This document shows positions 19,627 to 29,018 of a DNA stretch of 64,000 nt, in pieces. The number at the start of each line of letters is the position of its first letter. Positions within the stretch are counted from its first letter, which is position 1. Origin of the DNA: a virus; IMG/VR virus record IMGVR_UViG_3300008108_000067, positions 1-64,000 of that record; one strand, written 5' to 3'. Both the position numbers and the translations under genes were made by a program. The notes beneath the pieces were generated by a model, which was given only the letters and a program-made list of their open reading frames with translations, made no database searches and was not told where the DNA came from.

Positions 19627-20310
19627 TTATTTCATATTCTTAGCTACATAATTTATTGCTACTTTTCGTACGTTTGAATCTTGCGAATATCCCAATGCAC
19701 TCTTGACCAAAATATCTCTGCCGGTTTGTGGATTCTTAATACGATGTTTTAATAAATCTTTTAGTCGTATTTGTTTCGTTGGTGTCTCACCAGTTTTCTT
19801 GGTATCCTTTTCTTGAGCTTGCTGTACTACCAATTTTGTTTGCGGATACTTTGTAAGTAGTGTTTTAACTGCCTTTACATTTTTGGGAGCATCATCTACG
19901 AATACAATTCTGTCAAATCCATCATTGATATGTTTTTCAATGTACCGTGCTTTTGCCATTGGATCAGAGTTACCCAAAGCAGCAATAGTAATACCAGAAG
20001 TAATTCCTTGTAATTTAAGAAATTTTGCAATAGGTTTGGTGTGACCACGAGCTGTGAGTACAACTATTTTATCAGCTTTCTTTTGGTCAACGACTTTCTT
20101 TAATAAGTCTGTATATTTTTTGATAGGACGAGGATTTTTTAATTGTTCAAACTCCGAAAAATCAAATGTATCACCATCTTGCTTTTCATATGCAGCGTAT
20201 TCCGCTGGTGATATTGTTCTTCGTTTACCGTCCTTATCAATGACAATAACCCTAGCGTCAGTATGCACTAGGGTATCATCAAAGTCCGTAATATATGCCG
20301 TTTTTCCCAC
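19627..20310 (-). CDS. HAD-superfamily phosphatase with C-terminal NPxTxRDI module
   Basis: HAD motifs DFDDTL, LTARG, K and FVDD. Confidence 0.75.
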   Translation of the reverse strand: MGKTAYITDFDDTLVHTDARVIVIDKDGKRRTISPAEYAAYEKQDGDTFDFSEFEQLKNPRPIKKYTDLLKKVVDQKKADKIVVLTARGHTKPIAKFLKLQGITSGITIAALGNSDPMAKARYIEKHINDGFDRIVFVDDAPKNVKAVKTLLTKYPQTKLVVQQAQEKDTKKTGETPTKQIRLKDLLKHRIKNPQTGRDILVKSALGYSQDSNVRKVAINYVAKNMK

Positions 20311-20314
20311 GATA

Positions 20315-20797
20315 TTATCGGGTAACTAATTTATATGCAGTAGCCACCATCTTTTCTAATGGAAGTGCCAACATTTTCTTACGATTTTCTGGTGCCAACT
20401 TATGTAAAACTTTTGTAAGTAATGCGGCAGTGTATACGTCAACTAACGTACCATCTATCTCTGCTGGGTGTTTATCCTTGACAATACTCAAAATCTTACT
20501 TTGTTTTTCACTATAATTTTCATCAGTAGTGACCAGATGTGGATCATTTGATACTGTTGGTGTAGTATCGTTGGATGCCACTGGAAAGTCAGATACAGGA
20601 ACTGCTCCTGCTACTTCATCCTTTTTCTTTGGTAATTTGGAAATTGGAGTTGATGCGTATTTTTTCACATCACTCTTAGACATTGTTTGTGCCAACTTTT
20701 GTGCAGTTGGACTAAAATCCGTTGCTTTTGCTCTTCCGGTTTGGATAGCATGAACGATACCAAATAATTTTTGTTGTGCTTTACTGACTGATGGCAT
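20315..20797 (-). CDS. Hypothetical head-region protein
   Basis: Start chosen at MPSVSKAQQKLFG, directly after the stop of the upstream gene. Confidence 0.6.
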   Translation of the reverse strand: MPSVSKAQQKLFGIVHAIQTGRAKATDFSPTAQKLAQTMSKSDVKKYASTPISKLPKKKDEVAGAVPVSDFPVASNDTTPTVSNDPHLVTTDENYSEKQSKILSIVKDKHPAEIDGTLVDVYTAALLTKVLHKLAPENRKKMLALPLEKMVATAYKLVTR

Positions 20798-20798
20798 C

Positions 20799-21179
20799 CT
20801 ATTTCTCCGAATACATTTCAGGATACAAATATCTAAATTTACGTAGTAATGTACCTGCCATTGCGTTGGCTTCATTTTCAATTTCAGAACCGTCTGTACC
20901 GTCTAGTTCTTTTTGTTCTTCACGTTGTTTGTGATGAACCAATTCATGCGCAAGTGTTCGTAATGTGTCAACCATGTGTCTACCATTTTTGACAATTACA
21001 ATTTCATCATTATCTGGTTGGTATGTACCAAATGTAAGATGTTGTTTGGAATAATCACTACCTACCATTTTAATTTTGGCAGGTAGTGATTTGAGTTGTA
21101 ATTCCTTTGCTGTAAACTTTACAAACTCATTTACTATATTTTTGTTGTAAACTTCGTTTAGTAAAGTTTTTAATTGCAT
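20799..21179 (-). CDS. Zincin-like metallopeptidase domain protein
   Basis: TLAHELVHHKQ (HExxH) plus downstream ENEA; leader MQLKTLLNE. Confidence 0.65.
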   Translation of the reverse strand: MQLKTLLNEVYNKNIVNEFVKFTAKELQLKSLPAKIKMVGSDYSKQHLTFGTYQPDNDEIVIVKNGRHMVDTLRTLAHELVHHKQREEQKELDGTDGSEIENEANAMAGTLLRKFRYLYPEMYSEK

Positions 21180-21185
21180 AAATTA

Positions 21186-21449
21186 TTACTTACCTTTTTT
21201 CTTGGTAGTAATTTTTGCTGCCTTCTTAACCACTTTCTTTCCTGTTTGTTCAACAGCCTTAACTGCTGCGACAACATCCTTGATGTCAACCTTTCCATCG
21301 TTATTGACATCTGCGATATCTTTTGCAGCAGTTTCAACTTTCTTAGCTGCAACAAATAGTGGTTTCTTTTCCATCTCTGTCATATTTTTGTGGTTAATCC
21401 ACCATGCGATAACCACAAGAACAACGACAACACTTAAAAATAGTAACAT
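21186..21449 (-). CDS. Membrane-anchored protein with EF-hand/dockerin-like loop
   Basis: N-terminal TM segment; DVNNDGKVDIKD. Confidence 0.6.
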   Translation of the reverse strand: MLLFLSVVVVLVVIAWWINHKNMTEMEKKPLFVAAKKVETAAKDIADVNNDGKVDIKDVVAAVKAVEQTGKKVVKKAAKITTKKKGK

Positions 21450-21468
21450 ATAAACTCCTTATGAAGAA

Positions 21469-22056
21469 TTATTTTAACTCACCTAGGAAATCGTAGATGA
21501 GAGTATCAATACGAGAATAAGGTGTAATGATTTGAGTTCCCTTATTTTCGTTGATGAACGCACCATGTGTAGATGGGTTACTTACGATGTCAAAACAAAT
21601 AAGAGAAAAATCTTCACCAACTTCTACGGTGTTTTCTCCAATAGGTTTGACTGAACCCAATCCACGCGATGATACACCCAAACGAATATTATTCTTAATT
21701 AATTCACGAACAATATTACCGGACGGAGTAGATAAAATTTCAATATTACCCTTCACATCCGCGCCTTCGAACCAAAGGTCTGTGACGTTACAACAAACAT
21801 TTTTTAGATTTACAACTGGGCTTTCTGGGTGGTCTAATTCACCCAGAGCTCGTCGTTGTGTAACGAAATTATTTTTATATACCATTGCTTCACGTGCCAA
21901 AATATCCTTTGGATAAATTCGACCATTTTGATTTTTATGATCTGCACGTTGTAGTACCACATCTTTCAAAACCAATGGTTTTGAAATGTCGGAAGCTTCG
22001 GTTAATAATTTACTGTCATAAGAAATGACGTTATATTCTACTAGTAGTGATTGCAT
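21469..22056 (-). CDS. Prohead protease (T4 gp21-like)
   Basis: NQNGRIYP, ALGELDHP, LGVSSRGLGS, FDIVSNPSTHGA; start chosen at MQSLLVE. Confidence 0.92.
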   Translation of the reverse strand: MQSLLVEYNVISYDSKLLTEASDISKPLVLKDVVLQRADHKNQNGRIYPKDILAREAMVYKNNFVTQRRALGELDHPESPVVNLKNVCCNVTDLWFEGADVKGNIEILSTPSGNIVRELIKNNIRLGVSSRGLGSVKPIGENTVEVGEDFSLICFDIVSNPSTHGAFINENKGTQIITPYSRIDTLIYDFLGELK

Positions 22057-22057
22057 C

Positions 22058-22552
22058 TTATTGTCCTCTAATTTCACGAATTCGAGTAGCGATACCAAGG
22101 AGTTTTGCTTCCAACTTTAATAATCCTTGTTGGGTACGTTTCCACAGTTGTTCACTTGTAATTCCCGATTCGTTTTTTAAACGAGCGTTCATTCTAATAA
22201 CTCGTTCAACTTCATTTAAATTTTTATTTAACTGAGATATTGCGTCAGCAATTTTCTTGTGTGGTGACTTTGTATCATCATTTCTATATTGATAATATTT
22301 GTTCTCTGCTAATTCGCGTGTCACCACTTCCATCTTATCTGCTGGACGGTTTGCATCTTTTTCACCCTTGGGTGTGAGTTTATATCCAGTTTGATTTGCT
22401 AGATGCTTTGCTCTATCTACATTTGTCTTTTTATTACCACGAAATGCCATAGGAGTTAGATAACCAGCAACCATGCCAGTTGTTGACATTTCATCCAATT
22501 CTTTCTTAATCAGTTCACGGATAGTTTGACGAAGCGCTTCTTTTTTGTCCAT
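22058..22552 (-). CDS. Hypothetical prohead-region protein
   Basis: Between portal and protease; N-terminal LRQTIRELIKKELDE. Confidence 0.55.
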   Translation of the reverse strand: MDKKEALRQTIRELIKKELDEMSTTGMVAGYLTPMAFRGNKKTNVDRAKHLANQTGYKLTPKGEKDANRPADKMEVVTRELAENKYYQYRNDDTKSPHKKIADAISQLNKNLNEVERVIRMNARLKNESGITSEQLWKRTQQGLLKLEAKLLGIATRIREIRGQ

Positions 22553-22554
22553 AA

Positions 22555-23439
22555 TTAACTCTTCAAATTGTCTAACGTTTTGGTAATTTCCAAAGCGATA
22601 AGTAACGCTGTCATATGATTTTCTTTAATGACTTGTGTAGTCTTAATTTTTTCCAGCTGACTAACTACTTCTGACAACTTAATTTTTACAATTTTGTCTT
22701 GTACGTAATTAAGTTTAGACTTGATTTCCGTTATTAATACGTTACATTCACTAACTGCACACTTACGAAGTGTTGCACTGTTAGACACATTATTAATGTA
22801 TTCACGAAGAAGATTTTTCTGACGGTCATTCAATCCTTGATATTTTTCGTTGAATTTTTCCATCAAAATTTTGTATGACAACAGACGTAAATCTTCTTCT
22901 TGTCCCTTGACGGTTTCGAATAACGCTGTGTCGTTTTTAATTTCTTTGTTGGTAATCGTACCACTTAAATGTTCTACTATGGTAAACTTTGCTTCTACCA
23001 TTCCTTCGATTTCATTGAAATCTTTAAGTTCGTTGATAACCCCATCAAAAACTTTATACACGGATGCGTAAACTTTGTATGACGGAACACGGGCACCCAA
23101 AAATTCTTTTAAGTCATAATTATTTTTTATTTCTTTAATTAACTTATATTTTTGAGTGTTAAGTGCTATCTCATTAAGTTTCTTACGTTGATTAATAATA
23201 AGATTTAATAATTCGAATGCCTTTGCTTCACTTAAATGCGAAGCATTGAAAAATGATCTATACAGAATTAATTCTTTACCTAGTTCTGTTTTAGAGTTGA
23301 AGTACTCCTTCATTAGCTTAACTGCAACATCGCTGTTACGGTTCTCTAATGCATCGGAGGTGATTTTACGGACTAATAATTCAAAGAGAATGCCCGTATT
23401 CCGTATTTTATTGTGCTTGACGTTAGATTTCATACACAT
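22555..23439 (-). CDS. Hypothetical prohead-region protein
   Basis: 294-aa helical protein directly downstream of portal. Confidence 0.55.
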   Translation of the reverse strand: MCMKSNVKHNKIRNTGILFELLVRKITSDALENRNSDVAVKLMKEYFNSKTELGKELILYRSFFNASHLSEAKAFELLNLIINQRKKLNEIALNTQKYKLIKEIKNNYDLKEFLGARVPSYKVYASVYKVFDGVINELKDFNEIEGMVEAKFTIVEHLSGTITNKEIKNDTALFETVKGQEEDLRLLSYKILMEKFNEKYQGLNDRQKNLLREYINNVSNSATLRKCAVSECNVLITEIKSKLNYVQDKIVKIKLSEVVSQLEKIKTTQVIKENHMTALLIALEITKTLDNLKS

Positions 23440-23496
23440 CCCGTTTTGGTGACATTATACCGTCATATATTAAATATAACGAATATTTATAAGACT

Positions 23497-25380
23497 TTAA
23501 TTTTCTAGGTCCAAAATGTTACTTTCGTCCAACAATGTTTGTGAAGATAAGGTAGATTCCATAATAATTTTTTTAGAATTTGCCTTATTCAAGAATGCTT
23601 GTACTTCCAAAGATAGTGGTGATTTACGTTTGTCGTTTCTCTGCTTACCCACTTTAAAAACTTTTTTATTTTCTTTGTGTCCTAGTGGATCACGACCTCG
23701 TGGGTGACTATCTTGACCAAATTTCATTCCTTCTCGTGGACGACCCATCTTAGCTTCTTCTAATTCTTCCTCTGGAATTTCCAGTTCACTTTCTTCACTT
23801 GGTTCTTCAAGAGAGGATAAAATGGTATTAACATCATCTATTTGTTGATCTTGTTCCGGAGCTGCCTGACTGTCTGGTTCTCCTGCGGGAAGTTCCTCTG
23901 GTGGTGCTTCCGTTGGCTGACCTGCCTGTTGCTCAATTCCAGTCAACTCCGACATACGTTTGACATCTTCTATAATCTTTTTACGTTCCGTAATAATTTC
24001 ATCTTCTGATAATTCTAGGATGTTGTGGTAAACCCAATCTTGGGATAACATCTTAGATTCCATAATTTGTGTAGCAACACCTACCTTTTCCTTCCACAAA
24101 TTTAATTTTTCTTGTTCGTAGATGACCGATGGATTGGTTAATGATAGTTCAAAATCAACTAAATCTTCATCTGTAAATCCTTGAACGTATAGATGGATAA
24201 TCGCAATCTTAGTTAATTCCGATACCATGATTCTCTGGATACGTTCGATTGTACGAGCAAATCGTACATCTTGCGCAGCCAACGTAGCTTTTCCACTAAT
24301 ATCTTCATCATATCCTATAAATGATTTGGGGACTTTAAATGCTGCCAAAAGTTTTCTACGGAGATATTCAATATCTTCAATTGCATTGAATTGTAACCCA
24401 GGAAGATTCTGAATGTCAGTACCACTATCTTTTCCACGGGTTGGTAAGAAGAAATCTTCTGTGATATTTTGCATATTATATCGAAGATTATAATCACCCG
24501 TTTGTGGATCAACTAATGGTGTCTTTTTCATACGGTCAATAATACGACTCATAAACGTATCAATTTCGGCAGGTGGTATATTACCAATATCTACTAAAAT
24601 CTTACGTTTATCTGGTGCTCTCATAATACGATGAATTAACATCGCATCTTCCATCAATTGAAGTTGCTTCCACACACGACGACCACCTTCAATCATACTT
24701 TTTCCATATGGAAGGAAGTTGGTGTCTGCTAATAATCGGAAGTGGGCAATTTCGTAATTATCAAATTCTGTTTTACCCAGTGCCAAGAAATCGTTTTCAA
24801 TCTTGAATTTTACAGAGAATGGATTGCCTGGGTCTTGTCCTTCAATACGGATGGTTTCATATACAGATAACGGCAATACGTTGACAACACCATATTCCGG
24901 GTCAATGTCGAGATATAAGAAGAAATCTCCATACTTACACATATTTCTGACCCACGGCCAGAGATTAAATTCTACGTTGAGAATGTCGTAAAATAAATTG
25001 TGAAGAATTTCTTGTATTTGAGTGTTTTTTGAATGGATACTGATTATTTGATTGAATTCGTCTTTAACAGTACTTTCGTCTGCATAGATATCCATAACCG
25101 ATGCGATAATAGGGTCATTATCCATCATGTCGTAGTCACGGAATAATTGTAACCGTGAACCTTGGAACGCCGCGGCTGCTTCATATCGTCCGTGGGCAGA
25201 ACCATATCCACCCGTCATTGACGAATAGACGCGATGGTATCTATCAATACCGCGTCTATTGATAAATGCTTGAATATTATCGGTGTCTGCGATTCTTAAC
25301 TTTTTTCCACCAACATTACGAACTATCGTGTTAGAAGAAAAAAGTTTCTTTAATCTGCCAAATATGCCGTTGTCAGCCAT
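23497..25380 (-). CDS. Portal protein (T4 gp20-like)
   Basis: WKQLQLMEDAMLIHRIMRAPDKR..VDIGNIP, EDFFLP.RG...GTDI..LPG, IEDIEYLRRKL.AAFKVP. Confidence 0.95.
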   Translation of the reverse strand: MADNGIFGRLKKLFSSNTIVRNVGGKKLRIADTDNIQAFINRRGIDRYHRVYSSMTGGYGSAHGRYEAAAAFQGSRLQLFRDYDMMDNDPIIASVMDIYADESTVKDEFNQIISIHSKNTQIQEILHNLFYDILNVEFNLWPWVRNMCKYGDFFLYLDIDPEYGVVNVLPLSVYETIRIEGQDPGNPFSVKFKIENDFLALGKTEFDNYEIAHFRLLADTNFLPYGKSMIEGGRRVWKQLQLMEDAMLIHRIMRAPDKRKILVDIGNIPPAEIDTFMSRIIDRMKKTPLVDPQTGDYNLRYNMQNITEDFFLPTRGKDSGTDIQNLPGLQFNAIEDIEYLRRKLLAAFKVPKSFIGYDEDISGKATLAAQDVRFARTIERIQRIMVSELTKIAIIHLYVQGFTDEDLVDFELSLTNPSVIYEQEKLNLWKEKVGVATQIMESKMLSQDWVYHNILELSEDEIITERKKIIEDVKRMSELTGIEQQAGQPTEAPPEELPAGEPDSQAAPEQDQQIDDVNTILSSLEEPSEESELEIPEEELEEAKMGRPREGMKFGQDSHPRGRDPLGHKENKKVFKVGKQRNDKRKSPLSLEVQAFLNKANSKKIIMESTLSSQTLLDESNILDLEN

Positions 25381-25393
25381 AACCCCTCAACTG

Positions 25394-25744
25394 TTAGTAG
25401 ATATATAATTCGTCTAATGCAATAACCGTTAGACGAACTGCTTCCGTATCTAATCCCGTAGTTGGTTTTTGCAATAGACTGTTTAATTTTTCGTGTAATG
25501 CACGTGCTGGTATTACTACATCTACGAGTTCTTTCATATGCCATGCGGACATTGTATTATAATTGTATGGCATTTCATTGACCGCAGTAATACCTTCCAT
25601 TAACTTTGCTACCAATTCGGTAATTTCATTCTGCTGCGACTCTTTTAAAGAGGGCATTAATTTTTCAAGTAGGGCAACTAATCGTGTAGAATTAATACGA
25701 TTTTCCTTACCTGCTTCTGTTACTAAGTGTGTTAACTTAATCAT
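25394..25744 (-). CDS. Small protein with MIKLxxLxxE leader
   Basis: MIKLTHLVTE N-terminus. Confidence 0.6.
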   Translation of the reverse strand: MIKLTHLVTEAGKENRINSTRLVALLEKLMPSLKESQQNEITELVAKLMEGITAVNEMPYNYNTMSAWHMKELVDVVIPARALHEKLNSLLQKPTTGLDTEAVRLTVIALDELYIY

Positions 25745-26102
25745 GCTTCTTCTCCTTATCTAATGCTCTTCGCATTTTCTTAACATCTTTTGGTTTCGGT
25801 GCGCCTCGAATGACACCACCAGGTCCAACTAATCCCATTGCGGGTGCCGCTGCCGCTGGTGCTGCTCCTGCCATTTGTTCCGAAACCTTTTTCTCTACGT
25901 TCTTTAATAATAGAGAATAATACTTTGGATTTTCTTTCAAATGTGCTGCTGCAATTTTTGCAGTCTTAACCACGTTTCCGTGGGTCACATCTTGATGTTC
26001 CAATTCAGTATTCATTCCCAAAAAGAATTCTGTTGGGTTAAACTTATAACCCATTTTATCTAACATCTTGTCGGATTGTTTCCGTGAAATTTTCTTTTTC
26101 AT
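25737..26102 (-). CDS. Small hypothetical protein (DUF5661-like)
   Basis: GMNTELEH.D......TAKIA.AHLKE.PKYY pattern. Confidence 0.55.
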   Translation of the reverse strand: MKKKISRKQSDKMLDKMGYKFNPTEFFLGMNTELEHQDVTHGNVVKTAKIAAAHLKENPKYYSLLLKNVEKKVSEQMAGAAPAAAAPAMGLVGPGGVIRGAPKPKDVKKMRRALDKEKKHD

Positions 26103-26105
26103 ATG

Positions 26106-26660
26106 TTACCAAGTACGACATGCCCAGTAACGAGCTTTCGTTCTTGGACCTGGGTTATCACAGTTGTGTCTAGCACGGAATGCTTTACGGCGAGAAGGAA
26201 TGTTCTTTTTAATTTTCATTGTCTTTTCACCACGGCGTTTTGCCGAAGTTCCACCGTGACCAAAGCTAACTTTCTTAATATTTCCACTCTTTGGGTCACG
26301 AACATATACCTTGAACTTCTTGACATCCCCTCTCATAATCTTACCAAGAGGAACTTTACGTCCTTGGTATTCTGCTTCACCAAGTTGATTTTCGTGTAGT
26401 CCTTCAAGAACTTCTATTAAACACTCATTACAGAACTCGCCTTCATGTAATTCATCAACTGCTTCCGAACCAAATTGGTTACGTTCGTGGTCTTGGTCTG
26501 GTTTGAAGTCACTATCCGAAGTAACATCACTTTCTGGACGATGATATAATTCTTTAACTGGAACACAGTTTGGAACCATTTTACCGTTTAGTTCCTTCAT
26601 TCCAACTTGCTTATATCCGTCCCAGCAGGATTCACATAGAATATCAGTCAATCTAATCAT
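26106..26660 (-). CDS. Modular basic Cys-containing protein with MIRLxDILxE leader
   Basis: Start chosen at MIRLTDILCE; modules CWDGYKQVGMK...VPNCVP and AEYQGRKV...FRARHNC...ARYWAC. Confidence 0.65.
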   Translation of the reverse strand: MIRLTDILCESCWDGYKQVGMKELNGKMVPNCVPVKELYHRPESDVTSDSDFKPDQDHERNQFGSEAVDELHEGEFCNECLIEVLEGLHENQLGEAEYQGRKVPLGKIMRGDVKKFKVYVRDPKSGNIKKVSFGHGGTSAKRRGEKTMKIKKNIPSRRKAFRARHNCDNPGPRTKARYWACRTW

Positions 26661-26683
26661 AGTTGCTCTCAATGTCAAGAGTT

Positions 26684-27010
26684 TTATTTCTTTTTAAAAG
26701 TAGAAACCATAGTTGGTTTTCCACCTGGATTTCCTGCTTTTCTCTTTCTTGTTACAGCTGAACGTTTTTCACCTTTACTCATTGCTGCTGCGGAACGAGC
26801 AGGTCTACATTTTGGATATTTAGCCGACCCACCTTTACGCTCTTTTTTACCAGCGGAAGCACCACACGGTGGATGCTTTCCAGTTTTCGGGTCTTTTCTG
26901 GAAATATCCACCCATTTTTGCTTCAACCACTTACCCAATTCACCTTTTGGTTTATACTTCTCATCCAAAATATCTTCGGTAAGTTCAACTAAAATATCTT
27001 GTAATTTCAT
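26684..27010 (-). CDS. Basic Cys-containing protein with MKLxDILxE leader
   Basis: MKLQDILVE; LGKWLKQKWVDI...PCG...YPKCRP. Confidence 0.65.
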   Translation of the reverse strand: MKLQDILVELTEDILDEKYKPKGELGKWLKQKWVDISRKDPKTGKHPPCGASAGKKERKGGSAKYPKCRPARSAAAMSKGEKRSAVTRKRKAGNPGGKPTMVSTFKKK

Positions 27011-27372
27011 TACTTTAAGAACTTCAACTTATAAATTGTGGAATTCACCAATCCAGAAATTTCATCTACGATATTATTGAGGTCACCATCTTGTGGCAAT
27101 CCCTTGCGAACACTATCAATATAGGTTGATAATCCAGTAAAATACTTTACTATTTCATCACCTTCGAAGTATTGCTTTTGTGGAGTATATCCACGAATAA
27201 TACCATAACGACCTTGGCAGGTTTCTGCGTACTTATCTACCAAATCTACGATATCATCATAGTATTCATTCAATGCCTTGTGAGCGGCATATGATGAAGT
27301 TTGTAAGTGGAAGATGTGTGCTTGGTCACGACTATTGAATAGTGTGGACAAAAACTTTGCTACGGTTCCCAT
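27010..27372 (-). CDS. Ferritin/Dps-like four-helix protein
   Basis: QAHIFHLQT.SYAAHKALNEYYD.I.DLVD..AE...DEI..L...T.YKL. Confidence 0.65.
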   Translation of the reverse strand: MGTVAKFLSTLFNSRDQAHIFHLQTSSYAAHKALNEYYDDIVDLVDKYAETCQGRYGIIRGYTPQKQYFEGDEIVKYFTGLSTYIDSVRKGLPQDGDLNNIVDEISGLVNSTIYKLKFLK

Positions 27373-28019
27373 TACATTGCTCCAGCGTCAGAGGCTGGTT
27401 GCTCCTTTTGTCCGTATTCGTGATAACTTGTATTTGCTTGGTCCAAGTTATTTTCTGCCACTGCGATATGGTCTTGAATCCATGCTGGAATGTCCTTTTC
27501 GTCCATTCCAAGCTTACCCTTTAATTCGGTTGCGTGACGGATGATGGAGTCAAGAGTTTTAGTTGCCATTGAAACTTCGTGATCTTCACCTTCAGCACCT
27601 TCCTTCTTCATTGCCTTGCCGATTGCGTCACGACGAGCTTGTAAATACTTGTCGGAAGAGTCTTTATCTCCATCGTTATCAATGTCACCATCTTCTTTAC
27701 CAACTGGATCCATTGCTTCCAGTTGTGCGATTAATTCATCAAGTTTTGCAGATTGTTCTTCGGAGAGTTCAGTTTCTTCCTTGAGCTTCTTCAAGGTCAT
27801 AGCTAAACGAGCACGTTGGCCTAGCTTACCACCCTTTTCGGCAGCAGCCTTTAACTTACCGGCTGGGATTGGTTCATCTGCCGATACACCAAGTTGTTTC
27901 TTTAATGCACCTGGTTTCTTGATTGCTTGTTGAATCCACTTTTCTTCTTCGTTCATCGAACCAACTGGTTTGTTACCAATTGCTTTAATACCAGGTACTA
28001 ATCCCATTAATTTAATCAT
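27372..28019 (-). CDS. Modular hypothetical protein with EF-hand-like loop
   Basis: MIKL leader; modules KWIQQAIKKPGAL..., DPVGKEDGDIDNDGDKDSSD and EDHEVSMA...PAWIQ. Confidence 0.65.
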   Translation of the reverse strand: MIKLMGLVPGIKAIGNKPVGSMNEEEKWIQQAIKKPGALKKQLGVSADEPIPAGKLKAAAEKGGKLGQRARLAMTLKKLKEETELSEEQSAKLDELIAQLEAMDPVGKEDGDIDNDGDKDSSDKYLQARRDAIGKAMKKEGAEGEDHEVSMATKTLDSIIRHATELKGKLGMDEKDIPAWIQDHIAVAENNLDQANTSYHEYGQKEQPASDAGAM

Positions 28020-28035
28020 CGTGCTTCTCCAAATG

Positions 28036-28518
28036 TTATAGGGAGGTTTGTCCCTTCTTTTTTGCTATTAAATACCGCTTATATAAATCTCTTTTTGCTT
28101 TCATCAACTTATCTGTTAAATCTACCTTTCCATCATTGTTGATGTCTGCGTCCTCTTGACCCATTGGATCACGACGAACGTGTGGATAATGTACTTCTTT
28201 CTTACCACTTCTCCATCCACCACCCATACTCTTGTACTTTTTTGCTGCCCATAAGTTAGCGTATGCTGATGGATAGACTTTAAACTTACGTTTTGCAGCT
28301 GCCTTGGCTGCAGCCCACTTTGATGGATTGGTTGGAATTGACTTTTCTAATAATGCGGAAAGTTCTTCCATTTTTTGTAGTCGTGGGTCTGCAAAGTCAC
28401 TTTCAGTTTCTTTATATCCACCCCACGGATAACCTTCATCTTGTTTGCAATCACAACCTTCGGTTTGCAAACAACCACAATCCTCAAAGATATATGAATA
28501 GTAATCCTTGTAATTCAT
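28036..28518 (-). CDS. Modular basic protein with EF-hand-like loop
   Basis: Start chosen at MNYKDYY; KFKVYPSAYAN.W..K.YK..GGGW; DPMGQEDADINNDGKVDLTD. Confidence 0.6.
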   Translation of the reverse strand: MNYKDYYSYIFEDCGCLQTEGCDCKQDEGYPWGGYKETESDFADPRLQKMEELSALLEKSIPTNPSKWAAAKAAAKRKFKVYPSAYANLWAAKKYKSMGGGWRSGKKEVHYPHVRRDPMGQEDADINNDGKVDLTDKLMKAKRDLYKRYLIAKKKGQTSL

Positions 28519-28520
28519 TG

Positions 28521-28817
28521 TTATTTTGCCTTCTTTTTCTTTTTGGAATCTATTGCTCTGTTGGTAGCTGTTGCATATAGGTATGACTTCCAATCGTCAC
28601 CAAATTTATCTTTGAAATAACGAACCGAACGTTTGTTTTTTAGTAATTTCTTACCAATCTTATCACGACCTTGAACTTGTCCCTTGGTCATCTTTCGTGG
28701 TGGTTCACGACTTGCAACCGTACGTTCGTCGAGTTCCTCTTCTTCTGGCTTTTGCATTTCTTGAAGAACTGCTGCCAATTCTTCACGGATGATTTCTAAA
28801 ATTTCATCTTTGGTCAT
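28521..28817 (-). CDS. Hypothetical protein
   Basis: ILEIIREELAAVLQE N-terminus; basic C-terminal FKDKFGDDWKSYLYATAT. Confidence 0.6.
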   Translation of the reverse strand: MTKDEILEIIREELAAVLQEMQKPEEEELDERTVASREPPRKMTKGQVQGRDKIGKKLLKNKRSVRYFKDKFGDDWKSYLYATATNRAIDSKKKKKAK

Positions 28818-28820
28818 ATC

Positions 28821-28979
28821 TTATACCGGTTTAGATTTGGTTACACCACCACGTTTGCGTTTTTTACGTCCTGCGCAATGTGCTTTTTGACTGAAACCTT
28901 TGGGGTTACTACAATTTATGGACTTTTTATACTTCTTTGTCCATTTTTCAGTTAGTAAAATATCAACTAGTTTAATCAT
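28821..28979 (-). CDS. 52-aa basic protein with MIKLxDILLxE leader (below ORF-track cutoff)
   Basis: MIKLVDILLTEKWTKKYKKSINCSNPKGFSQKAHCAGRKKRKRGGVTKSKPV; promoter box 27 nt upstream. Confidence 0.7.
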   Translation of the reverse strand: MIKLVDILLTEKWTKKYKKSINCSNPKGFSQKAHCAGRKKRKRGGVTKSKPV

Positions 28980-29005
28980 AGTTAAATCCAATAAAAACAC
29001 TACAT

Positions 29006-29015
29006 TATAAATAGT
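29006..29015 (-). promoter_or_regulatory. Putative late promoter box ACTATTTATA
   Basis: Exact copy heading the small-protein cluster. Confidence 0.65.
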
Positions 29016-29018
29016 GTA

